Shown here one piece after another: positions 11,730-23,256 of a DNA stretch of 25,798 nucleotides (position 1 is its first letter; each line of letters begins with the position of its first letter). Below the pieces are notes generated by a model, which worked only from the letters and a program-made list of their open reading frames with translations, did not search any database and was not told the DNA's origin. Source of the stretch: Candidatus Sysuimicrobiota bacterium (GTDB lineage: Bacteria > Sysuimicrobiota > Sysuimicrobiia > Sysuimicrobiales > Sysuimicrobiaceae); assembly GCA_040289515.1 (NCBI GenBank), contig PSLI01000030.1, positions 1-25,798 on the forward strand, given 5' to 3'. Made by a program: the position numbers and the translations under genes.

Positions 11730-13219
11730 GGCAGCCGCAGACCCCGCAGCCGACCCCAGGGATCCAGGTCCCCGGGAGCACGGGACGCCGAAGCGCCGGA
11801 GGGGGCCTGCTGGGCCAGCACCGTCGCAGCCACCGCCAGCACCTCCGGCGGCGGATCCGGGGTGTGCCACGAGGTAAACGCCTCGTCTACGAACTCCGTG
11901 GAGACCTCGCCGGCCTGGAAAGCCGAGTGCGTGACCACCGCCAGGAGAAAGGCCAGGTTTGTTTTCAGGCCCAGCACCACGTACTCCCGCAAGGCGTGCA
12001 CCAGCCGCGACAGGGCCGTGGGCCGGTCCGCAGCCCACGCCACCACCTTGGCGAGGATGGGATCGTAGTGCACCGGCACCATCTGCCCCTCCCGAACCCC
12101 GGAGTCCACCCGCACACCGGGCAGGTGCGGCTCCCGCAGCCGCAGGATCCGGCCCGGGGAGGGGACGAAGCCGCGTTCGGGGTCCTCCGCATACACCCGC
12201 GCCTCCACCGCGTGGCCTCGCCAGCTCACCTCCTCCTGCCGCAGGCTCAGGCGATGGCCCGCGGCGATCAACAGCTGCGCGTGCACGAGGTCCACGCCCG
12301 TCACCAGCTCCGTGACGGGGTGCTCCACCTGCAGCCGGGTGTTCACTTCCAAGAAGTAGAAACACCCATCTCTGTCCAGGAGGAACTCCACGGTGCCCGC
12401 GTTCACGTACCCGGCCTGCTGCGTCAGGCGGACGGCCGCCTCACCCAGGCGCGCGCGCAGGTCGGTGTCCACCGCAGGCGACGGGCACTCTTCCACGATT
12501 TTCTGGCACCGGCGCTGCACGCTGCACTCCCGCTCCCCCAGGTGCACCACCTTCCCGTACCGGTCCGCCAGGATCTGCACTTCCACGTGGCGGGCGTCCT
12601 GCAGGTACTTCTCCAGCAGGATGGCGTCGTTGCCGAAGGAGGAAACGACCTCCCGGCGGGCGGAGGCCAGGGCGTGGCGGAACTGCAGGGGATCCCGCAC
12701 CACCCGCATACCCCTCCCGCCGCCGCCCGCAGCGGCCTTCAGCAGGACGGGAAAGCCCAGGGCGTGGGCTGCACGCTCCAGGGTGTCGTCGTCCGCGGGA
12801 GGGTGGCCGGGCAGGGTGGGAATGCCCGCCACCTGCGCCAGCCTGCGGGCCCGGTCCTTGTCCCCCAGAGCCGCGATGACCTCCGCGGGCGGGCCCACGA
12901 AGGTCAGCCCCGCCTCGCGGCAGGCCTGGGCGAACTCCGGGTTCTCCGCCAAAAACCCGTAGCCGGGGTGGACGGCCTCCGCACCGGTCCGGCGGGCCGC
13001 GTCCACGATGCGCCCCACGTGCAGGTAGGACGCCTCGGGTTCCGCACGCCCCAGGCACACCGCCTCGTCCGCCAGGAGGACGTGGGGGCTTGTTGCGTCC
13101 ACCTCGGAATAGACGGCCACGGTCCGGATCCCGAGTTCCTGACACGCGCGCAGGATCCGCACGGCGATCTCCCCGCGGTTGGCCACCAGCACCTTGGAGA
13201 ACGGAGGTCGATTGTTCAC
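11726..13219 (-). CDS. Biotin carboxylase subunit of 3-methylcrotonyl-CoA carboxylase (N-terminal part of LiuD)
   Basis: KVLVANRGEIA, HPGYGFLAEN, KAAAGGGGRGMR, FLEVNTRLQVEHPVTE, EARVYAEDP, YDPILAK. Start GTG13219 overlaps the hydratase stop. Confidence 0.94.
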   Translation of the reverse strand: MNNRPPFSKVLVANRGEIAVRILRACQELGIRTVAVYSEVDATSPHVLLADEAVCLGRAEPEASYLHVGRIVDAARRTGAEAVHPGYGFLAENPEFAQACREAGLTFVGPPAEVIAALGDKDRARRLAQVAGIPTLPGHPPADDDTLERAAHALGFPVLLKAAAGGGGRGMRVVRDPLQFRHALASARREVVSSFGNDAILLEKYLQDARHVEVQILADRYGKVVHLGERECSVQRRCQKIVEECPSPAVDTDLRARLGEAAVRLTQQAGYVNAGTVEFLLDRDGCFYFLEVNTRLQVEHPVTELVTGVDLVHAQLLIAAGHRLSLRQEEVSWRGHAVEARVYAEDPERGFVPSPGRILRLREPHLPGVRVDSGVREGQMVPVHYDPILAKVVAWAADRPTALSRLVHALREYVVLGLKTNLAFLLAVVTHSAFQAGEVSTEFVDEAFTSWHTPDPPPEVLAVAATVLAQQAPSGASASRAPGDLDPWGRLRGLRLP

Positions 13220-13992
13220 GGTGCCGACCACGCGGGCTTGCGGCGTTCCAAAAAGGCCCGCATGCCCTCCTGGCCCTCCGGACTGAGCCGCGCCGCGGCG
13301 ATGGAACGCACCGCTTCCTCCCGGGCCTGCTCCCAGGACAGCAAGGGCAGCGTGCTCAACAGGCGCTTGGCCTCCGCCAGGGCCCGGGGACCGGCTGCTA
13401 GGAACGCCTCCCCCCACTCCGCCACCACCCGGTCCGGCTCGTCGGCGACCGCGTGCACCAGGCCGATCTCCAGCGCCCGGGCAGCGGAGAACCGGCTGGC
13501 GGTGAGGATGGCCCATGGGAGGGCGGCGTGGTGCACCCGGCGCAGAAGGAAGGGGAGAATCATCGCTGGGATCAGCCCCAGCCGCACCTCCGTGAGCCGG
13601 AAGGTCGCAGCGGGGGTGGCCACCGCCAGGTCGCAGGCTGCCACCAGGCCCACGCCACCCCCCAGGGCCGGGCCGTGGACGCGTGCCACCACCGGTTTGG
13701 GGCAGCGAACCACCGCCTCCAGCATGGTGAACACCCGGGCGGCATCCTGCTGGTTCTCCTCGAAAGAGCTGGTAACCGCCTGCCGCATCCACTCCAGGTC
13801 CGCACCCGCGCAGAAAGACGGGCCCTCCGCGGACAGCACCACGTACCGCACGTCCTGCTCTTCCGCGGCCTGCCGGAACGCTTCCGTGAGGGCCGCCAGC
13901 AGCTCCGGATTGAGGGCGTTGTGCACCTGCGGCCGGTTGAGGACCACATCCAACCGGCTGCCTTCCTGCCGCACGCAGAGGACGTCTGCCAT
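13216..13992 (-). CDS. liuC: Methylglutaconyl-CoA hydratase (crotonase family, LiuC-like)
   Basis: LNRPQVHNA, FCAGADLEWM, GPALGGGVGLVAACD, LTEVRLGLIPA, EGQEGMRAFLERRKPAW. Located between the carboxylase subunits. Confidence 0.88.
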   Translation of the reverse strand: MADVLCVRQEGSRLDVVLNRPQVHNALNPELLAALTEAFRQAAEEQDVRYVVLSAEGPSFCAGADLEWMRQAVTSSFEENQQDAARVFTMLEAVVRCPKPVVARVHGPALGGGVGLVAACDLAVATPAATFRLTEVRLGLIPAMILPFLLRRVHHAALPWAILTASRFSAARALEIGLVHAVADEPDRVVAEWGEAFLAAGPRALAEAKRLLSTLPLLSWEQAREEAVRSIAAARLSPEGQEGMRAFLERRKPAWSAP

Positions 13993-13994
13993 GG

Positions 13995-15602
13995 CTACAT
14001 GCGGAACACGCCCGGCCGCATGGGCTCGATGGGAGCGTTGAGGGCGGCGGACAGGGCGAGACCCAGAACGTCCCGGGTGGTGGGCGGGTCCAGGATGCCG
14101 TCGTCCCACAGGCGCGCGGTGCTGTAGTAGGGGTTGCCCTCCTGCTCGTACTTCTGCAGGATGGGGCGGGCGATGGCCTCCGCCTCCTCCTCCGACAGGG
14201 TTTTGCCCTCGCGGGCCAGCTGGTCCCGCTTCACGGTCACCAACACCCCTGCGGCCTGCTCGGGCCCCATGACGTTGATGCGGCCGTTGGGCCACATCCA
14301 CAGGAAGCGGGGCTCGTAGGCCCGCCCGCACAGGGCGTAGTTGCCGGCTCCGTACGAGCCCCCGATGATCACGGTGAACTTGGGGACGTTGCTGGTGGCC
14401 ACCGCGTGCACCATCTTGGCCCCCGCCCGGGCGATCCCCGCGGCCTCGTACTGGCGGCCCACGATGAAACCCGTGATGTTCTGCAAAAAGACGATGGGGA
14501 TGCGCCGCTGGCCGCACAGCTCGATGAAGTGGGCGCCCTTCTCCGCGCTGTCCACGAACAGCACCCCGTTGTTGGCCACCAGGCCCACCAAAATGCCGTG
14601 GATGCGGGCGAACCCGCACACCAAGGTGGTCCCGTACAGGGCCTTGAACTCCGCGAACCGGCTGCCGTCCACCAACCGGGCGATGACCTCCCGTACGTCG
14701 TAGGGCTGGCGCAGGTCGCGGGGCAAGATCCCGTAGATCTCCTCCGGGTCGTAGAACGGGTCCTCCGGCTCGGTCACCTCCACCTCCACCGTCTTCCGGC
14801 GGTTCAGGGTCGCCACGATGTGGCGGACGATCTGCAGGGCGTGCTCGTCGGACTCCGCATAATGGTCCACCACCCCGGACCGGCGGGCGTGCACGTCGGC
14901 GCCTCCCAGCTCCTCCGCGGTTACGTCCTCCCCCGTGGCAGCTTTTACCAACGGCGGCCCCCCCAGGAAGATGGTCCCCGTGCCGCGGACGATGACCGCC
15001 TCATCGCTCATGGCTGGCACGTACGCTCCCCCCGCGGTGCACGAGCCCATGACCGCGGCGATCTGGGGAATTCCCAGGGCGCTCATACGGGCCTGGTTGT
15101 AGAAGATGCGGCCGAAGTGGTCCCGGTCCGGGAACACCTCCGCCTGCAGGGGCAGGTAGGCACCTCCGGAGTCCACCAGGTAGATGCAGGGGAGGCGGTT
15201 CTGCAGGGCGACCTCCTGGGCCCGCAGGTGCTTTTTGACCGTCATGGGGAAGTACGTCCCGCCCTTCACGGTGGCGTCGTTGGCCACCACCACGCACTCC
15301 AGGCCGCTTACGCGGCCGATGCCGGTGACGATTCCCGCCCCGGGAGCCTCCCCGTCGTACATGTCCCACGCCGCCAGGGGGCACAGCTCCAGAAACGGGG
15401 AACCGGGATCTAGCAGGTGTTCGATGCGTTCTCGGGCGGTCATCTTGCCCAGCTCCCGCTGCCGCCGCTGTGCCCGCTTCCCCCCGCCCTGGCGCACCTG
15501 CTCCAGCCGACGGCGCAGCTCCTCCGCCAAGGCCCTGTGATAGGCGGCGTTCTCCCGGAAGGTTTCGCTGTCCGTGCGGATCTGGGAACGGATGCGCTCC
15601 AC
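13995..15602 (-). CDS. liuB: 3-methylcrotonyl-CoA carboxylase carboxyltransferase (beta) subunit
   Basis: [71 protein letters not shown]-terminal GVFRM. Confidence 0.96.
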   Translation of the reverse strand: MERIRSQIRTDSETFRENAAYHRALAEELRRRLEQVRQGGGKRAQRRQRELGKMTARERIEHLLDPGSPFLELCPLAAWDMYDGEAPGAGIVTGIGRVSGLECVVVANDATVKGGTYFPMTVKKHLRAQEVALQNRLPCIYLVDSGGAYLPLQAEVFPDRDHFGRIFYNQARMSALGIPQIAAVMGSCTAGGAYVPAMSDEAVIVRGTGTIFLGGPPLVKAATGEDVTAEELGGADVHARRSGVVDHYAESDEHALQIVRHIVATLNRRKTVEVEVTEPEDPFYDPEEIYGILPRDLRQPYDVREVIARLVDGSRFAEFKALYGTTLVCGFARIHGILVGLVANNGVLFVDSAEKGAHFIELCGQRRIPIVFLQNITGFIVGRQYEAAGIARAGAKMVHAVATSNVPKFTVIIGGSYGAGNYALCGRAYEPRFLWMWPNGRINVMGPEQAAGVLVTVKRDQLAREGKTLSEEEAEAIARPILQKYEQEGNPYYSTARLWDDGILDPPTTRDVLGLALSAALNAPIEPMRPGVFRM

Positions 15603-15656
15603 AATCCCACCCCCGGACGGTTACACCGCAAAGGTGCCTTTTCCCTGCGGGTTCGG

Positions 15657-15686
15657 TTGCCCCCGCGCGGGCTGTACGCTTACCAT
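15657..15686 (+). promoter_or_regulatory. Putative sigma70-type promoter for acd-etfBA-icmA in the divergent intergenic region
   Basis: TTGCCC (15657-15662), 18-nt spacer, TACCAT (15681-15686), then GGAGGT SD and GTG15714. Confidence 0.45.
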
Positions 15687-15713
15687 GGGCACGGACGCTC
15701 CCTGGAGGTGTGC

Positions 15714-16883
15714 GTGGACTTCGCCCGGAGGGAGGAGCACAGGCTCGTTCAGCAGACCGCCCGCGAGTTCGCCACGCGCGAGATCCTACCGGTGGCGTCT
15801 TGCCTGGATCGCGAACACCGGTTCCCCGGAGAGATCCTGCGAGGGCTGGCCGAGCTGGGGCTGCTGGGCGTCATGGTGCCCGAGGAATACGGGGGCGCGG
15901 GGATGGACACGATCGCCTACGTGCTGGCGCTGGAAGAGGTGGCGCGCGCCTGTGCGTCCACCGCGGCCATCCTGTCCGTGAACAACTCCCTGGTGTGCGA
16001 CCCCATCCTGCGGTACGGGACGGAGGAGCAGAAGCGGCGGTACCTCCCGGTGCTGGCCTCCGGCCGGGAGATCGGGTGCTACTGCCTCACGGAACCGGCC
16101 GCGGGATCGGACGCAGCCGCCCTGCAGACCACCGCCCGGCTGGACGGCGACGCCTGGGTGCTGAACGGGGCCAAGTCCTTCGTCACCAACGCACGGGAAG
16201 CCTGGGTGTTCGTGGTGTACGCGCGCACGGAACCCGAGCCGGGTGCCCGGGGAATCTCGGCTTTCCTGGTAGAACGAGACCACCCGGGCCTGTCGGTGGG
16301 GAAGGGGGAGCGGAAGATGGGGCTGCGGGCGGCCTCCACCTGTGAAGTGCTGTTCCAGGACTGCCGCGTGCCCCGGGACAACCTCCTGGGCCGACGCGGG
16401 GAGGGGTTCAAGGTGGCCCTGTCCACCCTGGACGGCGGCCGCATCGGGATCGCCGCGCAGGCGGTGGGGATCGCCCGAGCGGCCCTGGAGGACAGCGTGG
16501 CGTACGCCAGGGAGCGCCGGCAGTTCGGACGACCCATCGCGGAGTTTCAGGCCATCCAGTGGAAGATCGCGGACATGACCACCCGCATCGAGGCCGCGCG
16601 GCTGCTCACCCTGCGGGCCGCCTGGCTGCGGGACCAGGGGCACCGCTACACGATGCAAGCTTCCATGGCCAAGCTGTTCGCCTCGGAGACGGCCACCTTC
16701 GCCGCACACCAGGCGGTGCAGATCTTCGGCGGGTACGGCTACATCCAGGACTACCCGGTGGAGCGCTACTTCCGCGACGCCCGCATCACGGAGATCTACG
16801 AGGGAACCTCGGAGATCCAGAGGCTGGTGATCGCCCGCCACCTGTTGACGGGAGCGGATCTGAACCGGTGGAGGTGCCCATGA
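15714..16883 (+). CDS. Short/branched-chain acyl-CoA dehydrogenase
   Basis: LTEPAAGSDA, LNGAKSFVTN, KMGLRAS, LDGGRIGIAAQAVG, R.QFG, GGYGY, IYEGTSEIQ (SCAD-type catalytic Glu). Confidence 0.95.
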   Translation: MDFARREEHRLVQQTAREFATREILPVASCLDREHRFPGEILRGLAELGLLGVMVPEEYGGAGMDTIAYVLALEEVARACASTAAILSVNNSLVCDPILRYGTEEQKRRYLPVLASGREIGCYCLTEPAAGSDAAALQTTARLDGDAWVLNGAKSFVTNAREAWVFVVYARTEPEPGARGISAFLVERDHPGLSVGKGERKMGLRAASTCEVLFQDCRVPRDNLLGRRGEGFKVALSTLDGGRIGIAAQAVGIARAALEDSVAYARERRQFGRPIAEFQAIQWKIADMTTRIEAARLLTLRAAWLRDQGHRYTMQASMAKLFASETATFAAHQAVQIFGGYGYIQDYPVERYFRDARITEIYEGTSEIQRLVIARHLLTGADLNRWRCP

Positions 16884-17668
16884 ACGTGGTGGTGTGCATC
16901 AAGCAGGTGCCCGACACGGAGCAGCCCATCCGGGTGCGGCCGGACGGCAGCGGGATCGAGGAGCAGGGCCTGAACTGGATCCTCAACTACTACGACGAGC
17001 ACGCCGTGGAGGAGGCCCTGCGGGTGCGGGAGCGGCACGGGGGCACCGTTACGGTGGTGTGCGCGGGCCCGCCCCGCGCCGCGGAGGCCCTGCGCACCGC
17101 GCTCGCCATGGGCGCGGAGGAGGCGGTGCACCTGACCGATCCGGCGCTGGAAGGCGCCGACCACCTGGGCCTAGCGCGGGCGCTGGCGCAGGTGGTCGCC
17201 CAGCTGCCGCACGACCTGGTCCTGTGCGGTCGGCTTGCCACGGACGACAACGCTTCCGTGGTGGGAGCGGCCCTGGCGGAGTACCTGGGAGTTCCCCACG
17301 CCACAGCCGTCTCGAAGCTGGAACTGACCCAGGAGCGTGCCACCGTGGAGCGGGAGGTGGAGGGCGGGGTGGAGGTGCTGGCCGTGCCCCTGCCCGCGGT
17401 GTTCACCGTGGAGCGCACCATCAACGAGCCGCGCTACCCCACGCTGCCGGGGATCATGCGGGCCAAGCGCAAGGAGATCCGCACGCTAAGCCTGCAGGAC
17501 CTGGGTCTGGGACCGGCGGAGGTGGGTGGGCAGGCGGCCCGGGTGCGGTACGCCCGGTTTGACCCACCCCCGCGGCGGCAGGCGGGGGAGGTGATCACGC
17601 CGGACTCCCCCGAGGAGGCAGCCCGGAAGGTGGCGGACTTCCTGCAGCACACCGCGAAGGTCCTGTGA
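16880..17668 (+). CDS. etfB: Electron transfer flavoprotein beta subunit
   Basis: MNVVVCIKQVPDT, DEHAVEEAL, ALAMGA, INEPRYPTL.GIM.AKRK. ATGA overlap with acd. Confidence 0.96.
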   Translation: MNVVVCIKQVPDTEQPIRVRPDGSGIEEQGLNWILNYYDEHAVEEALRVRERHGGTVTVVCAGPPRAAEALRTALAMGAEEAVHLTDPALEGADHLGLARALAQVVAQLPHDLVLCGRLATDDNASVVGAALAEYLGVPHATAVSKLELTQERATVEREVEGGVEVLAVPLPAVFTVERTINEPRYPTLPGIMRAKRKEIRTLSLQDLGLGPAEVGGQAARVRYARFDPPPRRQAGEVITPDSPEEAARKVADFLQHTAKVL

Positions 17669-18663
17669 GTGGAAAAATGTCGGGCGACGTTTGGGTTGTT
17701 ATCGACCACGCGCGGGCAGAACTGCGGCGGATCAGCCTGGAGCTGCTGGGCAAGGGGCGGGAGCTGGCGGACGCCCCGGGGAGCCGGCTGGTGGCTGTGG
17801 CCTTGGGGCGTGAGCTCGACCCCCTGGCCAGGCCCCTGGGAGAACACGGCGCGGACGTGGTCCTGCTAGCCGACCACCCCCACCTGGAGGTGTACACCGC
17901 GGACGCCTACACGGAGGTGCTGTCCCAGCTGGTGCGCGAGCGGGCACCGTGGCTGGTGTTGATCCCCTCCACGGCCTGGGGACGGGACTGCGCGCCCCGG
18001 GTGGCGGTGCGGCTGGGCGCGGGGATCAGCACGGACGTGGAGGATCTGTGGGTGGAGTCTGGGCAGCTGCGGGCCCGCCGGCCCATGTACACCCGGAAGG
18101 TGATGGCCACCGTGCAGTACGTGGGAGCTGGGCCGCACCTGGCGGTGGTGCTGCCGAAGGTGTTTCCCCCGGCCCCGCGCCAGGAGGGACGTTCCGCGGC
18201 CGTGGAGCGGGTGGAGGCGGCCCCGTCTGCGCCCCGCACCCAGGTGCTGGAGACGCGGTCCGTCAAGCGGGAGCGGGTATCCCTCACGGAGGCGGAGATC
18301 GTGGTGTCCGGAGGACGGGGGCTGCGGGGACCGGAGAACTTCGCCCTCCTGGAGGAGCTGGCCGCGGAGCTGGGGGCCGCGGTGGGCTCCTCCCGGCCGC
18401 CCGTGGACAGCGGCTGGGTCTCGCACGACTACGAGATCGGACAGACCGGCAAGACGGTGAGCCCCACCGTGTACATCGCGGTGGGCATCTCCGGCGCGCC
18501 GCAGCACCTGGCGGGCATGTCGGGTTCCAAGTACATTGTGGCCATCAACAAGGACCCCAACGCACCCATCTTCCAGGTAGCGAGCCTGGGGATCGTGGCC
18601 GACCTGTTCCAGGTGGTGCCCAAGCTCACGGAAGAGGTGCGGCGGCGCAAGGCGCAGGCCTGA
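17665..18663 (+). CDS. etfA: Electron transfer flavoprotein alpha subunit
   Basis: [48 protein letters not shown]. Start GTG17665 or ATG17677. Confidence 0.96.
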   Translation: MSGKMSGDVWVVIDHARAELRRISLELLGKGRELADAPGSRLVAVALGRELDPLARPLGEHGADVVLLADHPHLEVYTADAYTEVLSQLVRERAPWLVLIPSTAWGRDCAPRVAVRLGAGISTDVEDLWVESGQLRARRPMYTRKVMATVQYVGAGPHLAVVLPKVFPPAPRQEGRSAAVERVEAAPSAPRTQVLETRSVKRERVSLTEAEIVVSGGRGLRGPENFALLEELAAELGAAVGSSRPPVDSGWVSHDYEIGQTGKTVSPTVYIAVGISGAPQHLAGMSGSKYIVAINKDPNAPIFQVASLGIVADLFQVVPKLTEEVRRRKAQA

Positions 18664-18687
18664 CCTTACAGCGGGGAGGTGGTAGGG

Positions 18688-20367
<1,680 letters not shown>

Positions 20368-20388
20368 CTAGGAAGGGACAGCCTGGGC

Positions 20389-21393
20389 TCAGCGGCCCCA
20401 CGTCACCGCCGCCGCGGCCCACGTGAACCCGCCGCCGAAGGCCACCAGGACCACGTGGTGACCGGGCTGGATCCGGCCGTCCCGGCTGGCTTCCCACAGG
20501 GCGAGGGGGACCGACGCGGAGGACGTGTTGCCGTAACGGTCGATGTTGCACACGAAGCGCTCCACCGGAAGCCGCAGGGCCCTGGCGGCGGCTTCCAGGA
20601 TTCTGCGGTTGGCCTGGTGCGGCACGATCCAGTCCACCTCCTCCAGGCTCCAACCCGCCCTTCGCGTCACCTCCAGCACGGCCTCCGGGACCACCTGGAC
20701 GGCCAGCTTGAACAGTGCGCGACCGTCCATGCGCACATAGTGCAGCCGCTGCGCCACCGTCTCCGCGCTGGCCGGCATGCGGGTGCCTCCCGCGGGCATC
20801 TTCAGGATTTCCCCCGCGCTGCCATCCGCGCCCACCACCACCGCGTGCACGCCCCCCTCCCCTGTCGCCGGACCCAGGACCACCGCCCCGGCCCCATCCC
20901 CCACCAGCACGCACAGGGTCCGGTCCGTCCAGTCCACGATCTTGGACAGCACCTCCGCGCCCACCACTAGCACATACCGCGCAGCACCGGCGGCCACCAT
21001 CTGGGAGCCCAGAACTAGGCCGTACACAAACCCGGAGCAGGCCGCCATGAGGTCGAAGGCACCCGCACGCCGGGCTCCCAGGCGATCCTGCAGGAGGCAC
21101 GCGGTGGCGGGCAGCATCATGTCGGGCAGGGTGGTGGCGCAGATGACCAGGTCCAGCTCCTCCGCCGCCACCCGGGCTGCCTGCAGAGCCTCTCGCGCCG
21201 CCGGCAAGGCCAGGTCGGAGGTGGCCACCTCGGGGTCCGCCACGCGGCGGGTGTGGATCCCCGTGCGCTCCACGATCCACTCGTCGGAGGTGTCCACCAG
21301 GGCGGCGAGATCGTGGTTGGTCAGGACGCGGGGCGGCACGTACCCGCCCACTCCCCAAATGGCCGCCCGACGCACCGCTCCGGCTGGCGGCAT
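20389..21393 (-). CDS. fabH: 3-oxoacyl-ACP synthase III
   Basis: DTSDEWIVERTGI, AACSGF (Cys), GDGAGA, PHQAN (His), GNTSSAS (Asn), FGGGFTW. Start ATG21393 (TACACT 9 nt upstream) or ATG21414. Confidence 0.95.
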   Translation of the reverse strand: MPPAGAVRRAAIWGVGGYVPPRVLTNHDLAALVDTSDEWIVERTGIHTRRVADPEVATSDLALPAAREALQAARVAAEELDLVICATTLPDMMLPATACLLQDRLGARRAGAFDLMAACSGFVYGLVLGSQMVAAGAARYVLVVGAEVLSKIVDWTDRTLCVLVGDGAGAVVLGPATGEGGVHAVVVGADGSAGEILKMPAGGTRMPASAETVAQRLHYVRMDGRALFKLAVQVVPEAVLEVTRRAGWSLEEVDWIVPHQANRRILEAAARALRLPVERFVCNIDRYGNTSSASVPLALWEASRDGRIQPGHHVVLVAFGGGFTWAAAAVTWGR

Positions 21394-21446
21394 GCCGCAG
21401 GCAGTGTACTCCATGCGAGCCCCGCGTTCCTGCTCGCCGGGGGCAG

Positions 21447-21660
21447 TCACGAACGGTACGGGCCCATGAGGGTCAGTCCCCCGTCCACCCCGATGGTCTG
21501 TCCCACGATCCACTCCGCGTCCGCCGCACATACACCTCCAGAGACTCTGTGGTCACCACGCCCGGGCTCACCGCGTTCACGGTGATCCCCAGGGGTGCTG
21601 CTTCCACCGCCAAATAGCGCACCAGAGTCTCCAGGGCGGCCTTCTGTGTTGCTGCCGCCC
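21447..21660 (-). pseudogene. Remnant of a FabL-like short-chain dehydrogenase/enoyl-ACP reductase
   Basis: KAALETLVRYLAVEAAPLGITVNAVSPGVVTTESL, then in another frame CAADAEWIVGQTIGVDGGLTL...*. The N-terminal Rossmann fold and the internal TPxGR helix are missing. Confidence 0.85.
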
Positions 21661-21689
21661 TGGACACCCCCGCCAGGCGTTGTTAAAAT
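21661..21689 (+). promoter_or_regulatory. Promoter for tRNA-Lys/tRNA-Leu (and possibly tig)
   Basis: TGGACA, 17-nt spacer, extended -10 TGtTAAAAT, then a C-rich discriminator; tRNA starts 8 nt downstream. Confidence 0.75.
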
Positions 21690-21696
21690 CCCCCGT

Positions 21697-21772
21697 GGGC
21701 CGTTAGCTCAACTGGTAGAGCAGGGGACTCTTAATCCCAAGGTTGCAGGTTCGAGTCCTGCACGGCCCTCCA
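21697..21772 (+). tRNA. tRNA-Lys (anticodon CTT)
   Basis: Acceptor stem GGGCCGT/ACGGCCC, D-arm GCTC..GAGC, anticodon loop CTCTTAA, T-arm GCAGG-TTCGAGT-CCTGC, 3' TCCA; 76 nt. Confidence 0.97.
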
Positions 21773-21796
21773 GGGAGATTGTGTCGAGGTCAGGGC

Positions 21797-21831
21797 ACCC
21801 CGCAGGCAGCTGCGGGGTTCGGTGTTTCTTT
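21797..21831 (+). terminator. Hairpin between the two tRNAs (weak terminator or processing signal)
   Basis: 9-bp stem ACCCCGCAG-gcag-CTGCGGGGT followed by TCGGTGTTTCTTT. Confidence 0.5.
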
Positions 21832-21837
21832 GACAGG

Positions 21838-21922
21838 GCGGGCGTGGCGGAACGGTAGACGCGCGGGACTTAGGATCCCGTGGGTTCGTCCCGTGGGGGT
21901 TCGAATCCCTCCGCCCGCACCA
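21838..21922 (+). tRNA. tRNA-Leu (anticodon TAG)
   Basis: Acceptor stem GCGGGCG/CGCCCGC, anticodon arm CGGGA-CTTAGGA-TCCCG, long variable arm, T-loop TTCGAAT, 3' ACCA; 85 nt. Confidence 0.97.
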
Positions 21923-21954
21923 GGGCAGCGCGAGGCGGGCACGGGAGGTCGCAG

Positions 21955-23256
21955 GTGAAGGTGTTGAGTGTTCGGCGGGAGCCCGGGAGCACCGCGGTGC
22001 TGGAGATCGAGGTGCCGGAGGACCGGGTGGCCAGGGCCGTGGCCCAGGGCGTGGTGCGGGTCAGCCAGAAGGCCCGGATCCCCGGGTTCCGGCCCGGCCG
22101 GGCTCCCCGGGCCGTGGTGGAGCGGTTCGTAGGCCGCGAGGCGGTGTACGAGGAGGCGCTGGAGCGGCTCCTGCCGGAGGCGTACCGGGAGGCCGTCCGG
22201 CAGAGCGGTATTCGGCCTATCGGCCGGCCCCGGTTCGAGGACGCCCGCATCGAGGAGGGCAAGCCCCTGCGCGTGGTGGCCAGGGTGGAGGTGGAGCCGG
22301 AGGTCCAGCTGGGGGACTACAGAAGCCTGCGCATCCCGTATGAGGAACCCCGGGTGGGGGACGCGGAGGTGGACCGAACCCTGGAAGCGCTCCGGGCCCG
22401 CTATGCGCAGCTGCTCCCGAAGCAGGGGCCCGCGCAACGGGGGGACTTCGTGCTGCTTCACGTCCAGCAGGCACCCGAGGGGGAGCGCCGGTTCGCCCGG
22501 GGCCGCGAGCTGATGCTGGAGGTGGGAGGGGGAGAGGTGCCCGAGGGCCTCAGCGCCCTCCTGGAGGGTCGGTCCGTGGGCGAGGAGGTGGAGTGGGAAG
22601 GGGAGGCCGGCAAGGTGCGGTTTTCCGTAGTGGAGGTCCGGCTGCGAGAGCTGCCGCCCCTGGACGACGAGTTCGCGCAGACCGCAGGCGACCACCAGAC
22701 GCTGGCGGAGCTGCGGGAGGAGCTGCGCAGGAAGCTGGAGGACCAGGCCAGAGCCCGGGCGCGGTCCGAGTACGAGGACCGGGTGCTGCAGGCGCTGGTG
22801 GACAGCTCGCCGGTGGAACTCCCGGAGAGCCTGGTGCACGCGGAGGTGCACGAGCTGCTCGAGGACCTGCTGGAGGAGGTACGGCGCAGGGGCCTCACGT
22901 GGGAGCGGTACCTGCAGCTGGTGGGAAAGTCCTCGGAGCAGGTGCACGACGAGCTGCGTCCGCAGGCGGAGTCCCGGGTGCGGACCCGCTTGGTCCTGGA
23001 CGCGGTGGCGCGGGCAGAAGGGCTTGAACCCTCCGAAGAGGAACTGGCCCGGGCGGTCCAGAACCTGGCGGAGGGGAGCGGCCGGAGCGCGGAGGAGGTG
23101 CGGGAGCTGCTGGAGCGCAGCGGCAGGATGGAAAGGCTGCGGGCGGCCCTACGGCGCCGCCGGGCGGTTGCGTTCCTGTTGGAGCACGCCTCCGGCGGTG
23201 CCCTACCTCCAAGGGAGGAATCCGGCCCGCAGACCAAGGAGGAGGGAGAGCCGTGA
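21955..23256 (+). CDS. tig: Trigger factor
   Basis: Ribosome-binding motif [20 protein letters not shown]-terminal SurA-like domain. GGAGGT SD; tig-clpP-clpX-lon synteny. Confidence 0.95.
   Translation: MKVLSVRREPGSTAVLEIEVPEDRVARAVAQGVVRVSQKARIPGFRPGRAPRAVVERFVGREAVYEEALERLLPEAYREAVRQSGIRPIGRPRFEDARIEEGKPLRVVARVEVEPEVQLGDYRSLRIPYEEPRVGDAEVDRTLEALRARYAQLLPKQGPAQRGDFVLLHVQQAPEGERRFARGRELMLEVGGGEVPEGLSALLEGRSVGEEVEWEGEAGKVRFSVVEVRLRELPPLDDEFAQTAGDHQTLAELREELRRKLEDQARARARSEYEDRVLQALVDSSPVELPESLVHAEVHELLEDLLEEVRRRGLTWERYLQLVGKSSEQVHDELRPQAESRVRTRLVLDAVARAEGLEPSEEELARAVQNLAEGSGRSAEEVRELLERSGRMERLRAALRRRRAVAFLLEHASGGALPPREESGPQTKEEGEP

Noticed and set aside
15714..16883. Canonical isovaleryl-CoA dehydrogenase (LiuA/IVD)
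   Set aside because: It has the SCAD-type IYEGTSE catalytic Glu rather than the IVD-type IGAGTSE; substrate left unassigned.
15714..18663. Electron-bifurcating Bcd-EtfAB complex
   Set aside because: EtfB reads GRLATDDNASVVG rather than the GRQAIDGDTAQVG-like motif of clostridial bifurcating ETFs, and the context is catabolic; cannot be supported without phylogeny.
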